Positions 16,362-26,504 of a stretch of DNA of 32,000 bases are shown here, one piece after another. Under the pieces are notes generated by a model. It was given only the letters and a program-made list of their open reading frames with translations, searched no databases and was not told where the DNA came from. Every line of letters starts with the position of its first letter. Position 1 is the first letter of the stretch. The DNA comes from Synechocystis sp. PCC 6803 substr. PCC-P (lineage in GTDB: Bacteria; Cyanobacteriota; Cyanobacteriia; Cyanobacteriales; Microcystaceae), in NCBI RefSeq assembly GCF_000284455.1, contig NC_017039.1, positions 2,400,001 through 2,432,000 of the forward strand. Reading direction: 5' to 3'. The translations under genes were made by a program, and so were the position numbers.

Positions 16362-17720
16362 CTAAGGTTTTGTGACGGTTTTTTGGGGTTGGGCGGGAAT
16401 AACTCTAGGAGTTTGCAATTCCTGGGCCCTGGCCACCAGGGCCAAATCATCGGAAAGTTGATTTAATTGCTGGGCATATTGCACCTGTTTCGTCAGATGT
16501 TCTGTGGTGGAAACCAAATTACTTAGTCCTTGAATAAGACGAATTAACTGCTCTCGCAAAGCTGGATTACCGGTGAGTTGATCCACATCGGAAGTGATTT
16601 TTTCTAGGTTCTGGGTGGCAGCCCGGGCGGATTCTAACAACTGCTGCAACAAAATAATGGTTTGGGGATCATTCAGGCGATCGGCAAATTGATTCAGATT
16701 CCCGGTCAATTCATTGGCATTATCAGCTACAGCTTTGAGATCGGCCAACGCTTGGTTAAGATTGCCCACCGTATCTTGTTCATTAACCTGAGTTAACAAT
16801 TGCACCAAAGGGGGCTCTAGGTTTTTAACACTGATTTGTAACTGGTCGCTGGTGCCCTGGAGACTGGTGAGGGTAGCCCCCAGCCGTTGGTTATTAACTT
16901 CCAAAAAAGCTTGGATTTGCTCCGCCGCTGATCCGACAGAACGCAAACTGCGGTTAATTTCCGGAATAGTTCCCCCTTGGTTGAGGGTACGGACAGTGTC
17001 AGTGGCTTCCCGGCTCAAAACGGACAAGTCTTGGGCAGTTTGATCCACAGAGGCCAGGGTGCGACGAATGTTTTTGACTCCCCCATCCTGGTTAATTTCC
17101 CGCAGTAGGGTAGCCGCTTCATTACTAAACTGACTGATATCCTTGAGGGCTTCGGGGGTTTGGGTTGCAAGGGAGCGGATGGCATTGTTAATCTCTGGCT
17201 CACTGAAAAAGTCAGAAATACGCATCATGGCCCGAATTAGGGCATTAACATCCAACGCATCCTGCCCCATCAGGATGGAACCGTTGCAGATAATCACTTC
17301 CGGATTACAGTCCTTATCCAGGGGTTTATAGTTAACCTCCTGGGGTAAAACCACTTCACTGGGAATGATGTTAATAGATGTTTCACCAATTAACCCGGAT
17401 TGACGTGCTTGGATTTCCGCACGACTGGAAATTAGGCGATCGGTGGGACTAATTTCCACTTCCACTGCCACCCCTTCCGGTTGGGGCGTGACGCTGACCA
17501 CCTGACCAACCCTAACCCCCCGATAGTCAACCCTGGTGCCCACTAACATACCGGCTGCATCACTAAAAAGCACCGTGGCTCGGTAGGAACGGGAACCAAA
17601 ACGAATATTTTTTAGCCACAGGGTACTGAATGCCAAAAGAATGAGAGCAGTCAGAATTAACAGGCCGATACTACTCTGTAACAATACGGGCGATAGGCGC
17701 TGGTTTCGTCCTGCTGTCAT
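16362..17720 (-). CDS. MCE/MlaD-domain protein (TGD2/Ycf22-like) with a long helical C-terminal region
   Basis: 452 aa. It has an N-terminal TM anchor and an MlaD domain (YRATVLFSDAAGMLVGTRVDYRGVRVGQVVSV...LIGETSINI). About 280 aa of Q/L/N-rich helical segments follow. Confidence 0.8.
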   Translation of the reverse strand: MTAGRNQRLSPVLLQSSIGLLILTALILLAFSTLWLKNIRFGSRSYRATVLFSDAAGMLVGTRVDYRGVRVGQVVSVTPQPEGVAVEVEISPTDRLISSRAEIQARQSGLIGETSINIIPSEVVLPQEVNYKPLDKDCNPEVIICNGSILMGQDALDVNALIRAMMRISDFFSEPEINNAIRSLATQTPEALKDISQFSNEAATLLREINQDGGVKNIRRTLASVDQTAQDLSVLSREATDTVRTLNQGGTIPEINRSLRSVGSAAEQIQAFLEVNNQRLGATLTSLQGTSDQLQISVKNLEPPLVQLLTQVNEQDTVGNLNQALADLKAVADNANELTGNLNQFADRLNDPQTIILLQQLLESARAATQNLEKITSDVDQLTGNPALREQLIRLIQGLSNLVSTTEHLTKQVQYAQQLNQLSDDLALVARAQELQTPRVIPAQPQKTVTKP

Positions 17721-17903
17721 TGGGGTTAACTGAGAAAGTTGTGCTCGGGCCTCTCACAAGACTATTAAACTCTATTCCCCCGGTCAAAGTTCCACAGAGG
17801 AGCATATTTGGGCGCAGAGCTGGAGGTTTATGAGATTTGTAATGATGAGCGATGGGTGGTGATACGATCAGGCAAAACTAATTTAAATCCTCCCTGTGCT
17901 CTA

Positions 17904-19271
17904 ATGGCCCCATCCTCGTCCTGTGATTGCATAATTGTCGGCTCAGGGTTGTCGGGATTGATCGCGGCCCGTAATTTATCTCGGGTTAACTATTCTGTCT
18001 TAGTTATTGAAGCCCAGGAACGCTTGGGGGGCAGAATGTATGGAGAATATTTGCCATCGGGACAATGGATTGACCGGGGAGGCCAATGGGTGGGCCCTAC
18101 CCAGGATCGTTTTCTGGCCTTGCTTAATGAATACAACATAGAACGTTTTCCCAGTCCTGCTGATGGCTTAAAGGTATTGTTATTTGATGGGAAACGTTAC
18201 GAGTTTGATGGTTTTTTTCAAGGAGTGTTCCAAGGGGAAGCGCCGAAAATAAGCTCTGATGAATGGAATGATGCCATGGTGGCATGGGAAAAATTTAATA
18301 CCCTTGCCCAAAGTCTGGACGAGCAACATCCCGAAGCTACGCCAGAAAACAAAAAGTTAGACAGTCAAACCTTTGCCGATTGGATTAAAGAAAATACCCA
18401 TACAGCATTCGGCCATTGGTATTTTTCCTATATGTGTCGTGCTGTGGGGTTTTTAGGCCCCGCCGAGCCTTCTCAGGTATCTCTTTTGCACATCCTATGG
18501 GGCCATAAATCTGCCTCCCAAGGGGAAAATCCAGAAGCAGAACTATTACATGGTGGGGCGGGACAAATTCCTCAAAAAATTGCCGCTGAATTGGGGAATT
18601 CCATCCTCTTAGGGGAACCGGTCATACACATTGCCCAGGACGACAAAGGGGTAGAGGTGACCACTACAACAGGAAAATATCAGGGAAAATTCGCCATTGT
18701 GGCAACCCCGCCCCATTTGGCCGGAAGAATTACCTATAGTCCCCCCATGCCTCCTCTCCGCCAGCAACTCACCCAAAGAGTACCCATGGGCACCTGCTGT
18801 AAGCTTTTGATTTCCTACGATCGCCCTTTTTGGCGGGAGAAAGGTTTAGCCGGTATTGGCTTGGGTAACACCACCTGGATCGAATTATGTGCTGATAGTT
18901 CCGATCCAACCACGGGAGTGGGAGTAATTGCTTCCTTCGTAGTTGGCGATCGGTATGGAAAATGGATTGCCATGGGCGAAGCGGAACGCCGTCAAGGAGT
19001 ACTGTCAGATCTGGCTCTGTACTTTGGCGAGGAAGCTTTATCTCCTGAGACCTACGATGAAGTTGATTGGCCCAGTGAACAATGGGTTGGGGGAGGGTAT
19101 GCCGCCTTTATGCCTCCCGGAGTCTGGACAAGTTTTGGCCAAGCCCTGAGCGCCCCTGTAGGTCGTATTCATTGGGCCGGGACGGAAATAGCCCCCCGCT
19201 GGGCTGGCTTTTTTGATGGTGCAATTCGTACTGGGGAAGCGGCGGCTAAAGCCATTATCGGTCTACTTTAG
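17904..19271 (+). CDS. Flavin-containing amine oxidase / L-amino-acid oxidase family protein
   Basis: The ATG at 17904 (Met33 of the TTG-initiated track ORF) gives 455 aa. The dinucleotide fold DCIIVGSGLSGLIAARNL and the LGGRM motif mark the N-terminus. The C-terminal FAD motif is IHWAGTE...GAIRTGEAAA. Confidence 0.85.
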   Translation: MAPSSSCDCIIVGSGLSGLIAARNLSRVNYSVLVIEAQERLGGRMYGEYLPSGQWIDRGGQWVGPTQDRFLALLNEYNIERFPSPADGLKVLLFDGKRYEFDGFFQGVFQGEAPKISSDEWNDAMVAWEKFNTLAQSLDEQHPEATPENKKLDSQTFADWIKENTHTAFGHWYFSYMCRAVGFLGPAEPSQVSLLHILWGHKSASQGENPEAELLHGGAGQIPQKIAAELGNSILLGEPVIHIAQDDKGVEVTTTTGKYQGKFAIVATPPHLAGRITYSPPMPPLRQQLTQRVPMGTCCKLLISYDRPFWREKGLAGIGLGNTTWIELCADSSDPTTGVGVIASFVVGDRYGKWIAMGEAERRQGVLSDLALYFGEEALSPETYDEVDWPSEQWVGGGYAAFMPPGVWTSFGQALSAPVGRIHWAGTEIAPRWAGFFDGAIRTGEAAAKAIIGLL

Positions 19272-19361
19272 ATCTGGCTGGGCGTTGGAACTTCAATAAA
19301 ATGTTCCCTGCCTGCCATTGAGTCAAAATGCTTCAAAATCCGCCGATAACTGGTTGGGGGG

Positions 19362-20513
19362 TCAACGGTAAACAGGCAACGTAAAGTGAAAAGAACTACC
19401 CTGTTTGGGGCGACTGTCCACCCAAATTTGGCCGTAGTGGGCCTGGATAATTTTGCGACAGAGAGATAAACCTAAACCATAGCCATCGGTCTGTTCATCC
19501 CGTTGCAGTCGAAAGTGTCCCTCAAAAATGGTTTCTTGTTTGGAATTGGGAATGCCGGGGCCGTTGTCAGTGATGCTGACCTGAACTTTTTGGGTAGTAC
19601 GATGGAGAGCTCCCACGGTAATGGAACCATGGGCAGGAGTGTACTTGATAGCGTTATCTAAAAGATTGGCAATTACTTGGCGAATTAATTCCTCATCGGC
19701 AAAAACATTTGGTAAGTCTTTGGGAATATCGTAGGTAATGGTGAGATTTTTTTTGCTAAATTTTGCTTGGTACAATTCCAGAACTTCTTGGCAAAGATCG
19801 GCGATCGCCAGGGGACGACCGTGAACTTGAAACTGAGAATTAAGATTTTTAGAAGCCTGTAAAATGTCTTCAATTAAGCGGTCCATAATTTTGAACTGCT
19901 TGCGAGCTTGATACAATAGTTGACTTCTGAGGGCAGGTTTCTGTTCTTCGATGGGTTTGTGTTGTAACAATTCCAAGGTATCAACGGCAATGGAGGCGGC
20001 GGTGAGGGGACTGCGTAAATCGTGGGCCAACATGGCCAGAATCTGATCCTTGAACTGTATTTGTTGGAGCAATTCTTCCTTATCTTTCTTCAGCAGAAAA
20101 AGTTCGTCGGACATTTTCATCAGTTCCCCGGAATAACCCACGGAGGAAATTTCCCGGGGACAACTGGGGGATTGCCCCGTATCCTCTGGGTTAGGATCCA
20201 TCGCCAATTCCTGTTGCCAGCGGGGCCACCATTTTTGCAATTGTTGGATGATATTACTGCCAGCTAAAACCTGCCGTGGTTCTGGTTGTAGTTTAATCAA
20301 GGAGGGGGTGGCGACCAGACGAAAATGCTCTACGAGGTGGGGATGTTTACTGATTTGCAGAATTTGGAGGTCATGGCTGTGTCCATCCAACAGGTTAGTC
20401 AGGCATTGACCAATTTCCTGCACACTGTCTTGGGAGTTGGGGCGATCATCGATGAACAGTAAAAACTGCAACGGCACAGAAGACGCATTACCAAGTTCAG
20501 AGGAGGAGGACAT
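19362..20513 (-). CDS. sasA: Adaptive-response (circadian output) sensor histidine kinase SasA
   Basis: 383 aa. The N-terminal KaiB-like thioredoxin-fold domain is LQFLLFIDDRP...LVATPSLIK. It has H-box AMLAHDLRSPLTA, N-box NLLDNAIKYT and G-boxes DNGPGI and GYGLGLS. No kai genes are present in this window. Confidence 0.85.
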   Translation of the reverse strand: MSSSSELGNASSVPLQFLLFIDDRPNSQDSVQEIGQCLTNLLDGHSHDLQILQISKHPHLVEHFRLVATPSLIKLQPEPRQVLAGSNIIQQLQKWWPRWQQELAMDPNPEDTGQSPSCPREISSVGYSGELMKMSDELFLLKKDKEELLQQIQFKDQILAMLAHDLRSPLTAASIAVDTLELLQHKPIEEQKPALRSQLLYQARKQFKIMDRLIEDILQASKNLNSQFQVHGRPLAIADLCQEVLELYQAKFSKKNLTITYDIPKDLPNVFADEELIRQVIANLLDNAIKYTPAHGSITVGALHRTTQKVQVSITDNGPGIPNSKQETIFEGHFRLQRDEQTDGYGLGLSLCRKIIQAHYGQIWVDSRPKQGSSFHFTLPVYR

Positions 20514-20658
20514 TGCAGGGCTTTCGGCTTTTAAAGACAGGGTGTCCGGACTGATAAGGTCCAGTCTGAATCTAGGTAAATGGGGTTATTCTTACCAACT
20601 AAAACCGTGATAATTCCGACTGTCCTCACCATAGATGAGCAGACCATGACCATAATTG

Positions 20659-21246
20659 TCAACGATCAGGGGGCATAAAATCCGTTTCAAATTGCTTGCG
20701 GGTGATGGGCTGGGCAATCATTAACCCTTCTCCTCCTAGTACTGTTAGAGGTTCTCCCTCCACTAGTAAACGAACAGGAAGATTGGGGTCTGTACTGGTA
20801 GCGGTGTAAATAATTTGTCCCAGTCTGGCAATCATACTTTGACTCCCTCCCCCTGCGGTGAATTGGGCTGATAGGTCAACGTTGATGCCGGTGGCGGTTT
20901 TGGTGAGGCTCAGAAGGCTGGTATTGGGGGGAATGGCGGAAATGTCGCTGTCAGGAGCGGCTAATAGGGTTTTCAGGGCTCGTTCCGTCTGTACTTCTGG
21001 TGGATCATTGTTGGGGGGAATGTTTTGGGGCACAAAGGCGATCGCCGTGTCATTGTTGTTAAGCCAGTAAATTTGTGCTTGCCCAGGGACGGCCTTGTCG
21101 GGCTTATCGGGGTCCACTGTGACCGTGGGGGAACGTTGGGAAAGATTAAATCCAGTCCAGAAGGCAAAGCCGGTGCCAACCAATGCCACCATCAGAGCGG
21201 CCAGAGCAAAGCCGGTCAGGGACGAAGATGATTTTTGTTCGCTCAT
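20659..21246 (-). CDS. GerMN-domain membrane-anchored protein
   Basis: I prefer the ATG at 21246 (MSEQKSSS...) over the upstream GTG at 21258. It has one TM anchor followed by a GerMN-like domain (ALKTLLAAP...LLSLTKTATGINVDLSAQF...VRLLVEGEPLTVLGGEG). Confidence 0.7.
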   Translation of the reverse strand: MSEQKSSSSLTGFALAALMVALVGTGFAFWTGFNLSQRSPTVTVDPDKPDKAVPGQAQIYWLNNNDTAIAFVPQNIPPNNDPPEVQTERALKTLLAAPDSDISAIPPNTSLLSLTKTATGINVDLSAQFTAGGGSQSMIARLGQIIYTATSTDPNLPVRLLVEGEPLTVLGGEGLMIAQPITRKQFETDFMPPDR

Positions 21247-21446
21247 GATTTTTTCCACCAGTGCCGGAACTAATTCCAGTTTATCTTCTCGATTGGACTA
21301 GATTGAAAGCCAGGGCGGCATTAATTCGGCTTCAAGCAGTTGAGTTTGGGGGTTAGTTCCTCGTTGGTTAATGGTGACGACCCCGGACGACGTAAACTGG
21401 GGGTTGGCAAATTTTGTTGTGACCTTCATCGTTAAAGATTGGAATC

Positions 21447-22175
21447 GTGCGAAAAATCATTATTGCGGGCAATTGGAAAATGCATAAGACGCAGGCGGAG
21501 GCCCAAGCGTTTTTGCAGGGGTTTAAACCTTTAATCGAAGATGCGGCGGAAAGTCGTGAGGTGGTGTTGTGTGTTCCTTTCACCGATTTGAGCGGCATGT
21601 CCCAACAACTCCATGGCGGTAGGGTCCGCCTAGGGGCACAAAATGTCCATTGGGAAGCGAGTGGGGCCTACACAGGGGAAATTTCAGCGGCTATGTTGAC
21701 GGAAATCGGTATTCATTATGTGGTTATCGGCCACAGTGAACGACGGCAATATTTTGGGGAAACGGACGAAACTGCCAATTTGAGAGTATTGGCGGCCCAA
21801 AAGGCGGGCTTAATTCCCATTCTGTGTGTGGGGGAAAGTAAGGCGCAACGGGATGCCGGAGAAACGGAACAGGTTATCGTTGACCAAGTGAAAAAAGGCT
21901 TGGTGAATGTGGATCAATCTAACCTAGTCATCGCCTACGAGCCGATTTGGGCCATTGGTACAGGGGACACCTGTGCGGCAACGGAAGCCAATCGGGTTAT
22001 TGGGCTGATTCGGGAACAGTTAACTAATTCCCAGGTCACCATCCAGTATGGCGGTTCGGTCAATGCCAACAATGTGGATGAAATTATGGCCCAACCGGAA
22101 ATTGATGGAGCCTTGGTGGGAGGAGCTAGTCTGGAACCCCAGAGCTTTGCCCGCATTGTTAATTTTCAGCCCTGA
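21447..22175 (+). CDS. tpiA: Triosephosphate isomerase
   Basis: GTG start, 242 aa. Motifs present: [34 protein letters not shown]. Confidence 0.95.
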   Translation: MRKIIIAGNWKMHKTQAEAQAFLQGFKPLIEDAAESREVVLCVPFTDLSGMSQQLHGGRVRLGAQNVHWEASGAYTGEISAAMLTEIGIHYVVIGHSERRQYFGETDETANLRVLAAQKAGLIPILCVGESKAQRDAGETEQVIVDQVKKGLVNVDQSNLVIAYEPIWAIGTGDTCAATEANRVIGLIREQLTNSQVTIQYGGSVNANNVDEIMAQPEIDGALVGGASLEPQSFARIVNFQP

Positions 22176-22196
22176 GTAGATTGATTGACGGGTGTG

Positions 22197-23216
22197 ATGA
22201 AGCTTAGTCAGTGGTTAGGTTTAGCTTGTTTGGCAATGGCGGCCTATGTGGCTTGGGAAATCCGCCAACTGTTGTTACTGCTTTTCCTGGCCATTGTGCT
22301 GAGCACTGCCCTCAATCGTTTAGTTAAACAATTACAAACCTGGGGAATTAAACGGCCTCTGGCCCTAGCTATTACCCTGATCACCGTCACAGTGGCGGTG
22401 GTTTTATTTTTTCTGTTAGTTATTCCCCCTTTTTGGGAACAACTGCAAATTCTCATCGGTTCCCTGCCTAAAGTTGGCGATCGCCTGGAGAATTTTTTTG
22501 AAGACTGGCACGACCGGATGGAGGTGAAATTTTTTAGCCAAGCTTTTTCCGTCGATGATCTGCCGGACTCCATTTCCGCCCTGGGGGCCAATGCCCTTAG
22601 TTCCCTGATTAACCTATTTTCCAATTCCGTCACCGCTGTCCTGCAAATAATCTTCATCCTGGCGATCGCCGTGATGATGTTGCTTTCTCCCCAAGCCTAT
22701 CGACAGGGCACCCTAAAATTATTTCCCTCCTTTTACCGCCGCCGGGCCGACGAAATCCTGACCCAATCAGAATCTTCCCTGGGCAATTGGCTCACGGGCA
22801 TTGTCATTAACTCTTTTTTTATCGCCAGTCTCAGCGGCATTGGGTTATGGATATTGCAAATTAAATTAGTCCTAGTCCATGCTTTGATGGCGGGAATTTT
22901 AAATTTCATTCCTAACATTGGCCCCGCCGCCAGTGTGGTATTTCCCCTGATGATTGCTGTGCTGGACGCCCCCTGGAAAATCATTGCCGTACTAATTCTC
23001 TATTTCCTCATTCAAAATGTGGAAAGCTATTGGCTGACCCCCATTGTTATGGCCAAGCAAGTTTCCCTGCTGCCCGCGGTCACCCTCATCGCCCAACTAT
23101 TTTTTGCCAGCATATTCGGACTTTTAGGTTTGATCCTAGCCCTACCCCTGACGGTGGTTTTAAAAACCTGGATTGAAGAAGCTCTGTTTAAAGATCTTTT
23201 GGATAATTGGCAATGA
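22197..23216 (+). CDS. AI-2E family transporter (PerM/UPF0118)
   Basis: About 339 aa from the ATG at 22197 (the track starts at TTG 22185). It has about 8 TM helices and a PerM-type C-terminal core (NFIPNIGP..., IFGLLGLILALPLTVVLKTWIEE). Confidence 0.85.
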   Translation: MKLSQWLGLACLAMAAYVAWEIRQLLLLLFLAIVLSTALNRLVKQLQTWGIKRPLALAITLITVTVAVVLFFLLVIPPFWEQLQILIGSLPKVGDRLENFFEDWHDRMEVKFFSQAFSVDDLPDSISALGANALSSLINLFSNSVTAVLQIIFILAIAVMMLLSPQAYRQGTLKLFPSFYRRRADEILTQSESSLGNWLTGIVINSFFIASLSGIGLWILQIKLVLVHALMAGILNFIPNIGPAASVVFPLMIAVLDAPWKIIAVLILYFLIQNVESYWLTPIVMAKQVSLLPAVTLIAQLFFASIFGLLGLILALPLTVVLKTWIEEALFKDLLDNWQ

Positions 23217-24169
23217 GCAATTCCAGTGGATCCCGTCTCCCCCAGCCAAAATCTTTTCCCATTCTGCGTCCCCTACTGACTCTATCAGCCTGGGCTTTAC
23301 AGAGTCTTGTGGTGCCCCCTGTCCAGGCTGAAACGGTGTTGGAATCCATTAAATCCACTGGCTTACTCGAGGTAGCGATTCGAGACGACTCAGTGCCCTT
23401 TGGTTTTCGGGACGGCCCTGCCAATCAATGGACAGGCATTTGTGTGGACTTTATCCAAGCGTTACAAGCAGAGGTATCTGCCACCCTCGGGGGTCAACCT
23501 CTACTGGTAAAGTTTTATCAGTCCAGTTTGTTCAATCGCTATAACCTGGTGGCCGAAAAAGTAGTGGTGGTGGAGTGTGGCCCCAACACCATCCGCCGTG
23601 ACCTACCATTGCCCATCACCTTTTCCCGGCCTTTTTTCGTCACAGGAACCCAATTTTTAATTCCCGCCGATCGCCTGGGGTCATTTGACAGTGATGGTGA
23701 TTTGCGCGGGGAGAGAATCGGAGTCTTGGGCGGTACCAGTAACAGTGAATTTTTAGCGGCCCGTTATCCCGAAGCAGAACTGATTAATTTTCAGGGTTTT
23801 ACAGCACGGCGTTTGGGGGTAGAAGCTCTTATGCAGGGGCGCATTGATGCTTTTGCCGGTGATGGCATTTTGCTGTTTGGAGAAGCCCTAGTGCTGGACA
23901 TTCCTCTAGGGCGGAGTTATCGCCTTTATCCCCCCTATCCCCTGGATTGTCAGGGCTATGGGCTGATTTTGCCCGCCGATCAGCCGGAATGGGAAAATTT
24001 GGTTAACCGAGTTGTGACCTCCCCCAATTCCCGGGATATTTACCGCCGCTGGCTAGGCCCAATTTTCCCAGCTCTGGAAAGAATAGAACAGCATTGCCAG
24101 GCCAGACAGAAGCCATCTTCCCCTAAGGAGCCCACAGAGGACGAAAGCCCATCAGGGAAAGAGCCTTGA
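23213..24169 (+). CDS. Periplasmic solute-binding protein, family 3 (amino-acid type)
   Basis: The ATG at 23213-23215 overlaps the upstream TGA at 23214-23216 (ATGA). It has a signal peptide, then an SBP_bac_3 pattern (IKSTGLLEVAIRDDSVPFGFRD...WTGICVDFIQAL; RIDAFAGDGILL) and a low-complexity P/E/S tail. Confidence 0.75.
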   Translation: MSNSSGSRLPQPKSFPILRPLLTLSAWALQSLVVPPVQAETVLESIKSTGLLEVAIRDDSVPFGFRDGPANQWTGICVDFIQALQAEVSATLGGQPLLVKFYQSSLFNRYNLVAEKVVVVECGPNTIRRDLPLPITFSRPFFVTGTQFLIPADRLGSFDSDGDLRGERIGVLGGTSNSEFLAARYPEAELINFQGFTARRLGVEALMQGRIDAFAGDGILLFGEALVLDIPLGRSYRLYPPYPLDCQGYGLILPADQPEWENLVNRVVTSPNSRDIYRRWLGPIFPALERIEQHCQARQKPSSPKEPTEDESPSGKEP

Positions 24170-25613
24170 GTTCCGCCTGTTGCCCTAACTCTGGCCTTAA
24201 GGGCGGTATGAGCAACCATAACTGACTATCGGCGATCGCCTCCCCGGTGTCGGTGTTAAGACGGCTATCAGCCGGGGTTTCGGGATCGATAATTACCTGG
24301 TCAAATAACAGAGCCAAACCGTCAGGGGAAAGGCTCATTTGGGTGTCCCGGTAATCCTGCAACTTAAGCAGGGGAAAAACTTCACCGCTGTTGACGTTAA
24401 TTTGGACAAAATAAGGCTCTTCAATGTATTCATCCCCCGGCAAAAGCTTGGTTAGCAGACAGTACAGGGTTTGGTTATTGCGACCAAATTCACAACTGAC
24501 AATGGAGCCGTCCGTATCCACTAATTCCTTTTGCACCCCAAGGTTATTGACAAAGAAAAGGGTTCTTTGGAAGCGTTTTTGGGCATCTTCCGTATTGAAA
24601 TTCACCAGAGCGGCGGCGCTACCATCGCTGGAAAAAGTTAACAGTTGACCGAATTTGGGCAGAAAATCCAATGGTTTTGCATCCGGTTGGAGGGGCAAAA
24701 TACCGATGCCTTCCCCCCGAGCCACGGCCAAGGACTGATTATCCGGGGCGATTTGAAAGTCTCCGCCCTGTACCTTCAGACGCTCAGGCTTTTGCTGGTT
24801 TTTGAGCATCCAGAGGTCAAAGTCAGCGGGATTTTCACGGTTGACCCTCTGCACCACAATGGATTTACCGTCTTCGCTTACGTCGAATTGATTGTTCTGA
24901 AATCCCTGGTTATCCAGCACCAAAGTCGGTTTGGGCAACTCTTGGGGATTGTCATTCTCCACCACGGGCACTTGGTATAGCTGTAGTTGCCGGAGCCCCT
25001 CAAAGCCCAATTGAATTTCAGCGGCGGCAAACAGAATCCCTTTACCCCCGTCAAAGAATTGGAAATCCACCACAGTCAGTCCCGGTGGGGTGAGGATGGT
25101 TTTCCTTTGTTTAGTCAGGTTGTAGAAAATAATCCGTCCCTGCTCGATCCCTTGGGTGCCAATGTAAGCAAAGGCCCGGTCTCGACTACGGAAACTGCTG
25201 GTGAAGGGGGCCATCATTTGCCCTTGGTGGTGACCCGCATACTGTTCCCGCACATTGGTGATTTGCAGTTCGTAATCAGTGCCGTAGGGAATGGGATTTT
25301 CCAGGGTATAGGCCATGCGACGACCCGCCCAACTAAATTTTCCTGGTAGGGCTGGGGTAATGACCAAATTCTTTTCCACCTCCCGTTGGTCCATGGGACG
25401 GTCAAAGGTGATGATAAAAGCCCTGTCCTTCGCCCCCAGATCAGCCTCGCCCCAACTAAAATTTTGTACCCTGGGACGGTTGGCAAATATACACTGATTG
25501 TTGTTCTGGCAGGTGTAATGACCCACCACCACCACGGCGATCGCCGCACTAAGGACACCGATCAAACCGAGGGCCGCACGATCAATGGGTTCAGAAAAAT
25601 ATTTAGCGAGCAT
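24123..25613 (-). CDS. Membrane-anchored protein with an SbsA/Big_5-like Ig domain and a TolB-like (PD40) beta-propeller
   Basis: The likely start is the ATG at 25613 (Met45), giving 496 aa. It has a TM anchor ALGLIGVLSAAIAVVVVGHY, an Ig-like segment (ITFDRPMDQREVEKNLVITPALPGKFSWAGRRMAYTL) and repeated xSxDGxxxa motifs (VSEDGKSIVV, IAPDNQSLAV, FSSDGSAAAL, LSPDGLALLF). Confidence 0.6.
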   Translation of the reverse strand: MLAKYFSEPIDRAALGLIGVLSAAIAVVVVGHYTCQNNNQCIFANRPRVQNFSWGEADLGAKDRAFIITFDRPMDQREVEKNLVITPALPGKFSWAGRRMAYTLENPIPYGTDYELQITNVREQYAGHHQGQMMAPFTSSFRSRDRAFAYIGTQGIEQGRIIFYNLTKQRKTILTPPGLTVVDFQFFDGGKGILFAAAEIQLGFEGLRQLQLYQVPVVENDNPQELPKPTLVLDNQGFQNNQFDVSEDGKSIVVQRVNRENPADFDLWMLKNQQKPERLKVQGGDFQIAPDNQSLAVARGEGIGILPLQPDAKPLDFLPKFGQLLTFSSDGSAAALVNFNTEDAQKRFQRTLFFVNNLGVQKELVDTDGSIVSCEFGRNNQTLYCLLTKLLPGDEYIEEPYFVQINVNSGEVFPLLKLQDYRDTQMSLSPDGLALLFDQVIIDPETPADSRLNTDTGEAIADSQLWLLIPPLRPELGQQAELKALSLMGFRPLWAP

Positions 25614-25835
25614 GGATAGAGGAGCAAAATTTAGAACAGAATCACAGCCGGACTTCCCTTTCCCCAGGGCTTGAAGCTGTGTTACATTTTGTGATGAGTA
25701 GTTCTCATTTTTGCCAAGTTTGGGAGCTTTTCCACCCTTGGTCAAACCGTCATAGTACGCTGATTATATGCGATTTTACGGCTCCGCCGGAGTCAACCCC
25801 CTCCATCCCTGATCCTTAAGAGAAGTCTAGCTTCA

Positions 25836-26504
25836 ATGTTTTCAAAAGAAGTCACCGAATCAAAAGTTTTTCAATGGTTCAATGATCGTCTGGAAGTGCA
25901 AGCCATCTCCGATGACATTGCCAGCAAATACGTTCCTCCCCACGTCAATATTTTTTACTGTCTGGGGGGCCTGACCCTGACCTGCTTCCTGATCCAGTTT
26001 GCCACTGGGTTCGCCATGACCTTCTACTACAAACCCACGGTCACGGAAGCCTTCGCCTCTGTCCAATACATCATGAATGAAGTCAACTTTGGTTGGCTGA
26101 TTCGCTCCATTCACCGTTGGTCCGCCAGCATGATGGTGCTGATGATGATTCTCCACGTTTTTCGGGTTTACCTCACCGGTGGTTTCAAGAAGCCCCGGGA
26201 ATTGACCTGGGTTGTGGGTGTAATGCTAGCCGTCACCACTGTCACCTTTGGTGTAACCGGTTACTCCCTTCCCTGGGACCAGGTGGGTTACTGGGCGGTA
26301 AAAATCGTTTCCGGTGTACCGGCCGCTATTCCCGTGGTTGGGGATCAATTGGTGACCCTCATGCGAGGTAGTGAAAGCGTTGGTCAGGCTACCTTGACCC
26401 GCTTCTACAGCCTCCACACCTTCGTGCTTCCCTGGGCGATCGCCGTGTTGCTGTTGTTGCACTTCCTGATGATCCGCAAACAAGGCATTTCCGGTCCTTT
26501 GTAA
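25836..26504 (+). CDS. petB: Cytochrome b6
   Basis: 222 aa. Highly conserved b6 sequence ([30 protein letters not shown]...) with the haem-ligand histidines. Confidence 0.97.
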   Translation: MFSKEVTESKVFQWFNDRLEVQAISDDIASKYVPPHVNIFYCLGGLTLTCFLIQFATGFAMTFYYKPTVTEAFASVQYIMNEVNFGWLIRSIHRWSASMMVLMMILHVFRVYLTGGFKKPRELTWVVGVMLAVTTVTFGVTGYSLPWDQVGYWAVKIVSGVPAAIPVVGDQLVTLMRGSESVGQATLTRFYSLHTFVLPWAIAVLLLLHFLMIRKQGISGPL

